A DNA stretch of 64,000 nt from Octopus sinensis (Eukaryota). The notes below the pieces were generated by a model. That model was not told the DNA's origin, did not search any database, and worked only from the letters and a program-made list of their open reading frames with translations. Both the position numbers and the translations under genes were made by a program. The stretch is from the NCBI RefSeq assembly GCF_006345805.1, contig NC_042997.1, positions 57,226,001 to 57,290,000 of the forward strand, read 5' to 3'. Shown here piece by piece: positions 11,505-24,419 of this stretch; positions within the stretch are counted from its first letter, which is position 1; each line of letters begins with the position of its first letter.

Positions 11505-11720
11505 CTTTCTACTAAAAGGAACAAAGCTTGAAATTTTGGCGGGGAAGAAAAGTCTATTTCATCAATTCCAGTGCATGACTGGTACTTAATTTATTGACCC
11601 TGAAAGGATGAAAGGCAAAGTCAACCTCAGTGGAATTTGAACTCAGAATGTAAAAACAGATGAAATGCTGCTAAGCATTTTTCCTGGAATGGTAATGATT
11701 CTGCCAGCTCACCACCAGAG
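11505..11720 (-). mobile_element. tRNA-derived SINE family C, degenerate copy
   Basis: GAAAGGATGAAAGGCAAAGTCAACCTC..GGAATTTGAACTCAG..TTCTGCCAGCTC is shared with the young copy at 63055-63281. Confidence 0.75.
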
Positions 11721-12243
11721 ACATGTGGTATGAGCATCATGTCAAAAGAGTGCTGGAGTTGAAGAATTTGTAAGATTTTGTGAGACTTTCCAATTCAAAC
11801 AGACAAGATGCGAGAAAACAATAGACCAGACATAACAATAATAGACAAAGAAAAGTGAAGTTGCTTACTAATTGATCCAGCATGTCCATTTGATTCCAGG
11901 ATCATAAAGAAAGAAGACAGAAAACAAGAAAAAATACAATCCCTTAAAATTTGAAACTGCAAGAATTTGGAATATGAAAACTGTAAAGGTTGTGTCTATA
12001 ATAACTGGTGCATTGGTAATTGTAAGAAAAGATATAAACAAATGGTTGGTGATTGGAATAGAAGGTCCTGTAGAGTTTATACAGTGAGTTTGCCTCTTAG
12101 GGATAGGAAAGATTAATCAGGAGGGTTCTAACCACTTGAAAGACTATTGAAAACTAATGGATACCTAAGGTTACAGGTAGTAACCCGCTACCCACATCAA
12201 TCCTGCCAGAAATAAGACTGAACCAGAGTCAAATCAATAATAA
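11720..12243 (+). mobile_element. R4/Dong-like non-LTR retrotransposon 3' end (restriction-like endonuclease domain), degenerate
   Basis: Reading through stops gives WYEHHVKRVLE..KIL.DFPIQTDK..NNRPDITIIDKEK..CLLIDPACPFD..KY..LKFE..RIW..TVKVVSII.GAL, the RLE PD-(D/E)xK motif RPDI..ID. A 3' UTR and short AAT tail follow. Confidence 0.75.
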
Positions 12244-12545
12244 GAAGAGCACTCAGAGAGCACAAACTTCTGTCATGGCAACACCAACATCCTCTCAACG
12301 ATTAGCCAGAGATGATTTGACTGCTCTCACAAACGAGAATACTAAAAATGAATCCAATCACTGTCAAAAATTAAGTAAAAACAGGAAAAATAATTTAGAA
12401 TCCTTGTCTGATACTGGATCAATCCCCAAATCTAATCAGTTTGTGCCAGTCAAAAGGGCAACTATCCCTGAAAGTTTCAGCCGAATCGATCCAGCAGTTG
12501 TTGAAATATCTTGTCCAGGGACAAACAAATAAACAAACAAATACA
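12243..12545 (+). mobile_element. HINE-like element, second copy
   Basis: Homologous to 10516-10695 joined to 11305-11500. Confidence 0.45.
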
Positions 12546-12914
12546 AAAAGTATGTCAAGCACTGGGTCAGTGGTATTGACTAATGCCATCTTCTCAAAAC
12601 TGTTAGCTTCATACCTAAATTAGAAATTATTACTATAGCTTTTGGAAGGACAATGGTAGATATTTTTTTAGTAATGATAGAGGTTCACAACGCCTATTGT
12701 ACTACCACAGATTTCATTTACTATTTTTTTTTATTCCAGTCTAGAGGAAAGGGCTGCACTCAAGGTCTAAGCTTGGAACCTCCAAGTCAAGTGTGTTCAA
12801 CATGGTTAATGTTCCTTTTGAAGAGTTTCAGGAAGAAACTGTCTAAAGAGAATATTCCAGAGGGTAGAATAGACCAGACATCCTATGGATGAGATATAAT
12901 ACAGGTAATGATTA

Positions 12915-13360
12915 GTGACCGAGACCTTAGGAATGTGCTCTACTTAAGAGGACCCGTCAAGCCAAGTGCCTCCATGCTGGTGGCACGTAAAAAAAAAAAA
13001 TCAACCTTTGAATATTGGGCCTCACCGAGTCGAAGTGGCTGAGTTCCTTTCAAGTGTTGGGCCTCACAGAGGAAATGACCAAGACTTTTGGCATTATGTC
13101 ATGCTTGAGAAGAAGACCCATCAAGCTGAGCAAAATCGCAGTCATGGCAGATACTGGTGTCACACAAATGGCACTCATGCTGGTGACATGTAAAAGCCCT
13201 CATTACACTCTCAGAGTGGTTGGCATTAGGAAGGGCATCCAGCCATAGAAAACCATGCCAAATCAGACTGGAGCCTGGTGCAGCCTTCCAGTGTGCCAGC
13301 CCAGTCAAACCATCCCAACCCATGCCAGCATGGACAACATACGTTAAATGATGATGATGT
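12915..13360 (+). mobile_element. RTE-family 3' end, rearranged
   Basis: GGGCCTCACAGAGGAAATGACC (LGLTEEMT), family UTR, CCATGCCAGCATGG hairpin and (GAT)n tail. Confidence 0.8.
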
Positions 13361-13520
13361 AAAAAAACAAAACAAGTGAGTCAGAATACTTGAGTGGAAG
13401 TGGTAACAGATCAACCATTTCTAATGAACATAGATCCCTAAAATAACAGCAGACAAAACAGAGAGAAAAACACATCTATAGGACAAAGGACAGAGTTTGT
13501 ATTTGAATTTTCTGGCTTAA

Positions 13521-13736
13521 CCCTTTAGCATTCACATTATTTTGTCAAAGGTAATGCTTATTTATTCTCATTGTTTTGAATTAATCTACATTATCTTGTA
13601 GTTTAGAGATTTTGATGGGGTAACTAATTTTTAGAATGATATTGTAAGTTTGGTGTAAGAAGCCAGATTTGGCCAGTTTGAACATAAAACAGGTAGAATA
13701 TTTTGGCTGGATATGGCCGGTTTAAATGCTAAAAGG
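13521..13736. mobile_element. piggyBac-like MITE
   Basis: TTAA|CCCTTTAGCATT ... AATGCTAAAAGG|TTAA, giving a TTAA TSD and CCC-type TIRs. Confidence 0.8.
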
Positions 13737-13916
13737 TTAAAGAGGATTCCTCCTTTTTAGAGTAGTGCAAATATCCCCAGCATGACACTGGGTTTTAGAG
13801 TATTAAAGTTAAGACAGAAGAAAATTGAATTAAAATACCTTACAGTATTTAGTTTCAATTCCTATTCTCTGAATTCAAAGTTCAATATCTTTCCTTTTAA
13901 CATTGATATTAAAATA

Positions 13917-14141
13917 CAGTAATTCCTCAACTATTGCAAGTGTTACATTCCAAGACCCCCTGCAATAGGTGAAAGTCCACAAAGTAGAAACAGTACTGTA
14001 CTTTGTATATTTTTAAAAATTATTTTTATAATGTGTATATATTTATTTTATTATAAATGTAAAACAACACTATGGAGGAATTGACGTAAGCTTAAATAAT
14101 AAACCATGAAAAGTGAACTGTGATATGGCGAGGGATTACTG
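13917..14141. mobile_element. pogo/Tigger-like MITE
   Basis: TA|CAGTAATTCCTC ... GAGGGATTACTG|TA. Confidence 0.75.
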
Positions 14142-15349
14142 TACTAGTAATATACTAAGTTGATTTTAATACATTAATTAGTTTCTACAGAACACTACCT
14201 AATAATATTAATGAGATTGATTTTACCAACTACACACACTCCCTACAAAAATTTAACATTGCATCTATGTTAGAAACCAATATGTTAAGTTTGATTTGAT
14301 TAACGTCCTTCTTCATAAATATGGCTTTGTGTCTATTATTGTTTTATTATTTAAACTAGGTTATATCTTTTTATGGTCTGAGTTTGAAGACCCTTCATGT
14401 TGAATTTACCATCTATCCTTCTGAAGTCATTTAAATAACTTCTAGACTTAGTCTTTTGAAGCTCTAAACCAAAGTTAGAAATCAATATTATTCACGTAGT
14501 CTATGATATATATTAATGTATCTTTGAGCTCCTGTTTAATAAAACTTCTCCAAACCTATTTATTCATTCTAGATCCATTTGGTACATAGAATAAACTTTA
14601 CATGTGCTAAATATATTATTTCTAGATGACGTCAGCTGTTTGTTTCTGTGTTCTTGTATTGGTTGGTTAACTTGTAGGAATATCTACTGTGAAGTTGATT
14701 TTGTTTGATCCCTTGCTATTTCCTTGCATAATATTATTTTTATGAATGACAGCTCTCTTAAGTATTTTACAGCAAATATCTTTGTCAAAAATCACTTTTA
14801 CTATGCATGTAAAAGCACTCCCAAGAGCCTATTGCATATACTTATCTGGTAGATTTACTATTCTTTATCCCTAAATCAATATCTATGAATGAAGTTGAAA
14901 AATTTAGCTGAATTCTTATGAGCTACATTAGAAGTGAAATACCAAAAATAAAAAATAGAATATATGTTACACATATGTCTACACCTACAGAGAGTGTCTG
15001 CTCCCCTCTCCCCCTCAGATTTGTCTTTGTACAGTGTTTTAAAAATGATTTTTAAAAACAGTCCTCAAAGATCTCAACATTTAAAAAATACTACCAAAAA
15101 TTGGTTTCTTCAGGGTTGTCATCATTAACTTGATCTAATTTTGAATAAAATTCAAGAAATTAACTAACATTCAAAAACATAATTTCTTGCTCACATTTAC
15201 ATTAAAACACTCAGAAACCACATCTTAGTTTTTGCATTTCAGGCCCCCATGTTCAATAAAGTGACAATAATTTCCTTTCTATTTGCAATGAGAAACAAAA
15301 ATTAAAGAAAGGTAAAATTGGCAAATGCAGAAATTGATTGAGAAACCAA

Positions 15350-15575
15350 AATAGGTAAAGGTAAGGTAAAGTTACTTTCTTGTTTCCATGGCATATAAAT
15401 TCTCCACCTAGACAGGACACTGGTCCATCACAGGATTACTCATTTTTGCCAGCTGAGTGGACTGGAGCAATGTGAAATGTTGTGCTTTGCTCAAAAACAC
15501 TATGTGTTGCCCGGTCCAGGAATTGAAACCACAATCTTAGGATCAGGAGTCCAACACCCTAATCACTAAGCCTCC
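15350..15575 (-). mobile_element. tRNA-derived SINE with conserved core (V/Meta-SINE-like)
   Basis: Minus strand shows an A-box-like segment (GATTAGGGTGTTGG), B-box-like GGTTTCAATTCC, core TTGAGCAAAGCAC..CATTGCTCCAGTCCACTCAGCTGG and an AAGGT-repeat tail. Superfamily assignment is from recall. Confidence 0.6.
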
Positions 15576-15799
15576 ACCAACCAAAATAAGCAGCATAAAG
15601 GGTTTAGCTTAGCATTCAAGCATTTACACCTTATCATTTATCTTTAGCGAGAAAGCTTACATGTGGTTGCCACATATCTTTATCTTTTTTTTTCTTTTAC
15701 TTATTTCAGTACTTATTTTTAAGTCACATACTTATTTTATCAGTCTCTTTTGCTGAACTAAGTAATAGAGATGTACACAAGTCAACATTTGTTATGAAG

Positions 15800-15960
15800 T
15801 GGTGGTAATAGTGGACACATACACAATGGGCTTCTTTCAGTTTCCATCAGCCAAATCCACTCACAAGGTTTTGGTCAGCCAGGGACTATAGAAGAAAACA
15901 CTTGCTCAAGGTGTCATACAGTAGAGATGAGCTCGGAACCATGTTGTTAGGAAGAAAACT
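15800..15960 (-). mobile_element. SINE family A head fragment
   Basis: GGCTTCTTTCAGTTTCC..CCAAATCCACTCACAAGG..CACTTGCTCAAGGTG..AACCATGT. Confidence 0.7.
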
Positions 15961-16189
15961 TATCTAATAATTTAAATATTCTTTCAAGAAAGCTTTCCAG
16001 AACTAAATTTCGAAAGTTTTGATTTTAATTCTGGATCCTTCTAATCCATAATAGACACAGGATAACCAAAGCTAAAACAAAGGACAGCAACCATCGCATG
16101 CAAGAATATTTGACATATCCAATATAAACTAAACAGGTTTAGAGCTCTAGTTTCATGAGAATATTCATGAGAAAGTGTGGATAAATTAT

Positions 16190-16345
16190 TTCCCATGGAC
16201 CAAACCTACAGAAGGAGCAAACCCTGGAAGATATGGGATGAAGTGGTGAGAAAGGATCTTCAGAGAAGATGACAAAGAACCAAAACTTCTGGTGGTTTGC
16301 TGTGCTTGAGAAAACACATCAAGCTAAGTAAAACTGTGGCCATCC
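16190..16345 (+). mobile_element. RTE ORF-end fragment
   Basis: G.P.KIWDEVVRKDL-like sequence, ending GCTGTGCTTGAGAAAACAC as in other copies. Confidence 0.55.
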
Positions 16346-16981
16346 ATATATACAGATCATTGAGACTAGCTATTACAACGAGTCAATGTGAGAGCTTTTA
16401 CATGGTTTCTCAACCTGCAAGTAAAAGCAGCAAAATCTACCTCAAATCCTATCACCCTACTATTTTAAATAGAGCAAGGACCCCTAAATAGTGTGGGTGC
16501 TCACAGCTAGAATTATTGATCATAGAGATCTGCTTGATGTTTGATCTGAGGTTAAAGAAGACCTTATTCACAACAAAGTCTACCTAGTATCAGTGACAGG
16601 CTAAAAGTAACTCCCATTTTTGTGTAATCAAACTGTTTACTATTACTGTTATTATAACTTGGTAAAAGTGATAAAGTGGTGGAAATAATTGTTTTTAAAC
16701 AAGTGCCTGAAACTATTTTTCTGTGTTTTCAGTTAAAATCTCACTGAGTCTGGTTTTGCCTAACTGAAGTATCCTCCCATCCACCACTCTTTATTACTAC
16801 TGCAGCAGTGGTTCAAAACCAAACCACTAGGTAGCTGGTCAGACATCATGATCAAACCATAATAGTTTCATGTGATTGTTCTATTAAGCAACCAATCAAT
16901 ATTAAGCCATCATGTCAGTCAATCGTCTAGAATTTTCCCTTTGTGCCCTATAAAGAGGCGTTTTTTGTAATAATTGCAAAA

Positions 16982-16993
16982 TGCTGAGTCAGC
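16982..16993. promoter_or_regulatory. Maf/CNC recognition element (ARE/MARE-like)
   Basis: TGCTGAGTCAGC in non-repeat sequence; motif match only. Confidence 0.25.
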
Positions 16994-17429
16994 TGCATGC
17001 TGTGTCTCCATTCTCACCACAGCTAATCAATTAAGACTGATGGCAGATTGTAGGCAGGAATTTTTCATCACCACAAATATTTTGTGATTATTTTGCAGTT
17101 GTGATGGGCCAGCCACAGATTGCTATATCAGAAAGCTTGTCATAAACTCCAAGCAGGAAGTGATTCCCAGTACGTAATTATTGCTGTTAGTATTTGTAAA
17201 AGACTGCAGCTAAAACTCTGTACAGTAATAAAATCTTCTATTAATTGTTTGTAGGTGTTGTCAGCTATTTCTTTATGCATCCCAAGAAATACAGTTTCAT
17301 TCAGCAACTCAACCAGTCATCACTTCAGACCAGCTAACAACAAACTAGCACAATTCATGACACTATCAATAAGGTAAATGCAAATAGATAAGTAACAACA
17401 ATAGTTTCCAATATAGGCACAAAGCCTAT

Positions 17430-18330
17430 TGGAATGCAGTTGGGTATATGAAAATGAGCTACATGGTCATGAAAAGAAGAAAAAGAGCCCATTTTAACGG
17501 CAAAAAGTAATGAGTTTTAGAACCTGATGCCAATTGATACAAGAGTTTAGGCATACAGAAATGCAATATTATGTTTTAGGAAATGAAAGAAGTGGAAATA
17601 ATATATTTGAAGCAATTAAAGCTAGTATTGAAGTGTGCTATCAACATGAGTAGTTGCTGTCATGCATTATAGTGCTGGTATAGCAAATTGGATGAAGATG
17701 AAATACAGGGATTAGACACACACATACACAAAAAGAAGGTGGGGGTGAGAAAAAAATTGTACCTATGCATGAAGCATGTCATAAATGACAACCATTTATC
17801 TATGAAACAGAAGATTGGCAGGAGAGGACTTATTAACATTTCTGATTGTACGAATGAGGAACAAAGATCAGTAAACCACTAATTTGCAAAGAAAATTATA
17901 ATTTAAGAATGCTGTAAATAGAATTAAAACTTACATAGCAGGATAATTTGTGAAAGAAAGAAAGCACTAGAAGAAATGCAGTTACATGGACAGTTCTAAA
18001 GACACTAAGAATGTGAAAAGTCATGATCCATTATAGGAGTGGCTCTGGAATGAAGATTTCAAGAGAGGAGCTTGAGAGCTTGTCAGAAGTTATTCAAGAT
18101 CAAGCTCTAAACACCAGTTCAGTAAGCAAGAGTTCATAATCCTCCATTTAATAAACAAGTGCTGATAATAATAATATAATAAGCAAGTGGAAAATATTGA
18201 GTATATTGTAGTAGAGGGCACAACATAAGCTCAGAATAATTACAAGTAATGTCTTGATAAGGTCTGCCTTAAGATACACTGATCACTGCATAAAAAGAAA
18301 ATATGGCTACATTTCAGGTAAGGGGTACTG
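17430..18330 (+). mobile_element. R4/Dong-like RT C-terminal fragment, highly degenerate
   Basis: YSAGIANW..DEIQGLD, DNHLSMKQKIGRRGLINISDC (resembles DRLYLPRKEGGRGL..I.DC), LHGQF, QDQALNT and ENIEYIV. Confidence 0.65.
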
Positions 18331-18344
18331 GACTAAAGAATCTA

Positions 18345-18895
18345 AGTCGAACACAATGACCCCAGTACATATGTCTCTTAAGCCTGGTACTTATTTTATC
18401 GGTCTTTTTTAGCCAAACCGTTATGGTTACGGAGACGTAAACACGCTATCCCCGGTCGCCAAGCGGTGGTGGTGGACAAACACACATATGTATATATGAC
18501 ATGCTTCTTTCAGTTTCCGCCTACCAAATCCACTCACAAGGCTTTGGTCAGCCCGAGGATATAACGGAAGACACTTGCCCAGTGTACCACACGGTGGGAC
18601 TGAACCTGAAACCATGTGGTTGGGAAGCAAACTTCTCACCACACAGTCTCGCCTGCGCTTCGTATGTGTTGTCTTTCTTTTATTTTTTGTTTTAGTCATT
18701 TGACTGCGGCCATGCTGGGGCACCGCTTTAAAGAAGTTTAGTCGAACGAATCGATTCCAGTATTTATAATTTTTTTTAACCTGGTACTTTGTCTATCGGC
18801 GTCATTTTACGAACCGCTAAAGGGACGTAAGCAAACCAACACCAGATGTAAGCGGAGTGGGGTGGAGGACAAACAGAAAGACACACACACACACA
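18345..18895 (-). mobile_element. Two adjacent partial SINE family A copies
   Basis: 18345-18660 holds body plus head (..CCACACAGTCTCGCCTGCGC). 18665-18895 is a 3' half with GTCATTTGACTGCGGCCATGCTGG. Confidence 0.8.
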
Positions 18896-19399
18896 CATTT
18901 ATATACTTACACATCCATATATATTTATTTGTAGGATTCATTTGAATCAAGATATTTGAAAATTAAGGACACCAAGTCATGCTCGAGATTAGCATATCCG
19001 TGTATCTACCCTATATAAACATACCCGTATGTGCCCATGCATACTCAGATATATTGATACACTTACACATACATGTACCTGCATACACGAATATAAATAT
19101 GCGTGTAGATATACATGAAATTATATACCCATGCAAGCCGGTGGGCAGTTTCACGATCCACTATGTTCTAGATCCAACATAGAGAAGGTTCCAGGAATGG
19201 GGCTTATATAAAATAAGAACACAAATGGGTTTAATGCTGTTTCAGACCCGCTTTTCTTTTTTTTTTATAACTAAGTAACTCAATTACATCATGAAAAACC
19301 AGTCTCTCTTCGTTGTTACCGAAATGAGAGAGTCAATCTACTTTCCACATCTTGGTATTACGATGTTTCTAAACATTCAAGCATACTCATTACCAGAGC

Positions 19400-19623
19400 T
19401 GCCTGACTGAAAAAAAGCACCATTTGAGCATGGTCGTTGCCAGTACCACCTGACTGGCCCTCATGCCGGTGGAACATAAAAAGCACCCACTACACTCTCA
19501 GAGTGGTTGGCATTAGGAAGGGCATCCAACTGTAGAAACTTTGCCATATCACATTGGTGCCCTCAGTCAAACCGTCCAACCCATGCCAACATGGAAATCA
19601 GACGTTAAATGATGATGATGATG
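19400..19623 (+). mobile_element. RTE-family 3' end
   Basis: Minisatellite units, CCATGCCAACATGG hairpin and (GAT)n tail. Confidence 0.8.
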
Positions 19624-22600
19624 AGAGAGAGATGATTAGTATTTCTAACAGATTAAGTAATAACTGTCTATTTCAAGCCCCATACTATGATGAAGTAGGG
19701 GGCTTTAATCAAACAGGCTCAGGTGGAGGCATTGGGCTCAACAAAGAGACTGAAATAGAGGCAGTATGCACATCAAACAGACATGAAGTGCTGCTGAAGT
19801 CTTGTATTTTCAAAATTTTGAGTCATTAGTTTGTAAGACATAACTCTTTCAGTTTATTGGACTGGACACATTCCATGCAGCCAACCTACATTACAACAGT
19901 TTACCCACTAAACCAGTGATACCCAAACTTATTTGACATAGAACTCTTATACAATTTTCAAAAAAGTCCCAGAACACATACCTGTATCATATAGACAACT
20001 AATTTTAATAACATATTGGATGTAACAAAAACTATTTTAGTGAAAGAATTTATTCATATAAAAATCATATAAAAAATCATATAATACAAATGTACATACA
20101 TATATACATATGGACACACACACACTTGCATACATACATACATGTGTATGTGCACACACACTGATCCACACACATGTGCCCAAACAAACAAAAAGAACGC
20201 AGCTTGGATAACAGACAGTCAATGACTATTGAAAAGGTTGCAAGACACAATGAAAATTTTAAGAAAAATAAATAAGTAAATGAGTGGAAAATTTACCAGT
20301 GAGTGTGTTAAACAATAAGGCACTAAAAGAGAATGACTCTCCCCAGATACAACAATCACATAATAACTATATTGAAAATGGGAAATATTTCTATATTAAA
20401 TGAATTTTTATCATATTTTACTAGAAGATGCTTTACCTTGCAGAACACTAGAATTTTCGAAGGGACCCAGATTCAGAAATACTATACTTGGTCATAGGGA
20501 TGGAATTGCTTAAACATGGTATTTAACTCTTTTAATACCTATCTTCCTGAGACTGCCTTGGTTCGATGAAATAAACTTCTAATTTAAAGTACTCTAAATT
20601 AAAACCTTTCATCAAAATTCCATGTTATGTTCCAAAACACCAGCTTCACTGCAACAAAGTTCATTAAATTCTTCATTGTTTTTAAAAGTAACAGATGAAA
20701 TCAGAGTTATTTCAGTGGAAATATATTAACAAAAGATTTAAGGTAAAGGCTGAAGTAAATACTCTAGAAAATTTTAAAATTATCCTTATTTAGTTTTCCA
20801 GATATTAATCTAATGTGACCTTCTAAAAGTAGTAATGAAAGGGAAATGGACTGATAGAACTGTTAGATTATCAAACTAAAATATCTTTGACTTTACTTTT
20901 CACCCCTCCCAGATCAATACTACAAAATACAAACAATATACAGAGATCCATTAAATCACCTGTTCCATTTTCATTGAAAACAGCTGGCATTGTGCTTGAA
21001 TAAAAAAATTGATAAGTGGGGGATTGGCAGAACTGTCAGTGTTAGATAAAATTGTCTTGCAATGTTTAGCTACAGCCATTTACATTTTGATCTCAAATCT
21101 TACTGAGGTCAACTTTTTCTTTCATCCTTCTGGAGGTCAATAAAATAAAGTACTGATCAAGTACAGGGGTTGATATAATTGGATGTTCCCTTCCAACAAA
21201 CTTCTGGCCTTGTGCCTGCGTAACAAATTATTACCAGTGTTGCATCGTTGAAGACTGTATCTCTGAATGCACAGTCACTTATTCCTGGCATTTTGAATAC
21301 AACCACTGTTTTCTTCCTTTTCAGTTTATCAGTATTTGGTGACTTTTCCATTCTTTCAGTTTATGGCTTGTTTAGCAATATTTGTGCTTGAATCCTTTTA
21401 CTAATATTATTCAAATGGCTTGACCTTTCTTTTGATTGTCTGTTGGAGTCAACTTTCTTCTCAATTACTTTCAGGTTTCTCCTTTTATGGTTTTTTATCA
21501 TTTATATGTCTGACTTAGCTTATAGAAAAATGACCGTATTTTTTTAAACTAGTTCTTCCTAGTTTTTAAATATTTTAAAAATTTTTCAATGAGATTTTAA
21601 ATAAATCAATATAACATTTATTTTGGCCACCAATCAATCAATTATCCTGACTTAACTTGCTATAATATATTTACTTACAATGTAAACTGACAGACTAACT
21701 TGATGGCCATCCCATCATATTTCTTATCTTTACAATACATATGATAGATTTAGCAAAATCCATTTCATCTGATATCTTGACACTTCCAAGGATTTTTTGA
21801 TACATGTGTACATATTATTTCTTTTCTTTAAACAGTTTTCACTTCATATATTTCATGATTAAATATTACAAGCAATCTTGAAGTAAAGTTCTATGCTCAT
21901 TCAGATACCTTTGCACTTTAAGATGCAGTGTTTTAATTTTCCAAACTTTAAGCTGGTTTTTGTTAAGTGATTCTTTATATTGATACCAATATTGAAGTCA
22001 TCTGAGCAGTACAACCCAAAGATGTGGATTTAACCATTAATTTCACAGTTTGCTTATTGATTCTATCAAGCTTCTGTATATGTTTCACAGTTTACATCTA
22101 TTGGTCTACTCCTTGCCTTTATTTACCTGCAGTTAGATATCATTAGGTAAAAAAGTATATCTTTTTTTTTTTGTTGTTTAACTTTTGGTTGACACAGCAA
22201 TCAAAGACATTCCAGCCATGACCATTCTACCCTTTTTCAAGGAATCTGAGATTAACTTATGTTTCTTTTAACCCTTCAAGATGGTAGCTATGATTTGAGA
22301 GAAACATAGCTGCTATACCTAGCAGATTGATTGACTACATAGTAAGCTCTGTAATAACATATAACAACAGTATACAATATAAACTTTGTTGTTTATTCCC
22401 CCCCAAAAAAAAGAAAGAATGGTGATGTATAGTGTTTCAACTATGGAATATTATCTTAGCTCTAATTATAAATTTTTACAATATAAATGTTAATTACTCA
22501 GAAGAAAATACTAATTTTCCTTAATCTCATAAGGCAGTTAAGAGATAGAATTTAAAGTTTCATTGAGTCTATTTATTCCACCAAACATCACTGCTTCTTG

Positions 22601-24419
22601 GATTGATTTAACCTTGAAATGATGACTAAGAACACATGTATAGTTTATAAAGTATTAAAATCTACACTGGAAATAGAAGATTGCTTAAAAATAAAAAAGA
22701 AAGAGAAAAATATATATACTATTTTGTTATTAGAGAAATTACTTCTTATTCTGTTTCTATACATGTATACAGATAGTTCCTTGTGTGTGTATGTACATTT
22801 ATATAAATGCTCACTGATTTGACATAATTCAGCAGATGAGAAAATATGTGTAAATGCATGTGTGGGCGTGTAGATGAGTACATGAAGATTAAAATCTAAC
22901 AACTCAAAATTTTCTTTAAGAAGGGATACGAAAATAATGAATAATAAACGAAATATTTTTCTTAAATTTTGAAAGGAGAAAGAAAGAAAAAAGGAAAAGA
23001 AATCTGGCATAATTCCAGCTAGAATTCTATTATCACAGAAAGCTAGTTCAAAAGTGAAGACTGCTAAGGAGATAGTGATCGAAGAAAAAAGATGGAAGTA
23101 TCAATCAATAAGTTATTGTAGAAGTGTGAACTAATTGCATGAGAAAGAGGTTTGCTTCTTGAATGTTCTTCAGTGAAGCAATTAAGAAATTTAGTCGGGC
23201 ATGGTAAGGCAGTATGTTTTCAGATGAAGTCATTAATAGCAGCATATTGTTCAAGTCAAGCATTGAAGAATGAAGCAGGAGGGGGCAGAAATCCACTAAA
23301 GATTTTCAATGATGGCCACAATCATATTTTTCACTCATTATTAAAAGAATTTTATGATAATTTAAGGAATCAAACAGCAAATAGATGCATCATAGGGAAT
23401 TATCAATTGGCATCAAGGCCAAGGTTTTCGTTTTCTTTACTGTACAGAAATAATTAGAAATCATATTGAAAATATCTTAAATTAGTTTGAGGCAAATTAC
23501 ACAATAATCAAAAATTTAGCAGGAAGTAGGAAAAAAGAAATCAAAATAAATAATGTATTTGTATATAGAATATAGGACATTTAAAGTTCTCTGGAGAGAA
23601 TTCTTTCCAAGTATAAAACCATGTTGAAGTTAAAAATCACGGAAATAAATACAATCATATTTTAGCTTTTGAAAATAATTTGAGATTTTCCATCCCACAA
23701 AAATGACTTAACTAGTGTCTTGATTTTTATCCAATTTAATAAGGTAGCTATTTTAAATAAGTAGATCTATAACGTTGACTTCAACATTGTAGGTTCTATG
23801 CCTATGCTTGCATGGGTTAGACAGGTTCAGAATAAGCAACCCTTCAATACATTTTTATCCAAGTGAGTGCTTCATAATTAGATTTCTCATCATAATGTCA
23901 TTAATCATCTGCCAGTAGTCCAACATTAATTAGATAACTAATTAAATAGCAAGATAATTATACAAGTCATTGGAATCTTTTTTCTGTTTTTGTTTTTACT
24001 ACTGGTCTAGTAATTGAAACTATACTATTGGAAAACGTTTAGAAGCATCTGTTCTCACTGTCACACACTTCCATGTTTCTTTAGCCTTGCTTTATACAGA
24101 GATTTAATTTTCATATCTATAACTTGTACACAATCATATTTTAATTAGTGAGCAATCATGAAAATAGTGCTCTGAGAAGAGTTATCTGAAAAGTATAGCT
24201 GATCATTATACACAAATGTGTAGAATAAATCGAGCAATGATTAGTAAGCAATGGTGGAAGGAAGCTGTGGTGTCTCTGATAGAAGCTAATCTTTAGTGAA
24301 TCTATTATTCATACTGTAAGAAAACAAATAAGCTAGTTTCTTGAATGTCAGCTTGAGCCTGATGAGGTAAACAATAGTTTTCTATAGCAGAAAATGGTAA
24401 AGACTGGAGAGTACATATA

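Noticed and set aside
14300-14870. Possible Penelope or LINE RT relic on the minus strand
   Set aside because: The motif similarity is too weak to support a call.
19554-19829. ORF with QAPYYDEVGGFNQTGSGGG...
   Set aside because: The start lies in a LINE tail, and there is no donor site or homology I can recognise.
23152-23457. 101-aa ORF (MKSLIAAYCSSQALKNEAGG...) after a TTTTCAG acceptor-like site
   Set aside because: No recognisable domain, no convincing donor and no partner exons. It is left unannotated pending a BLAST search.
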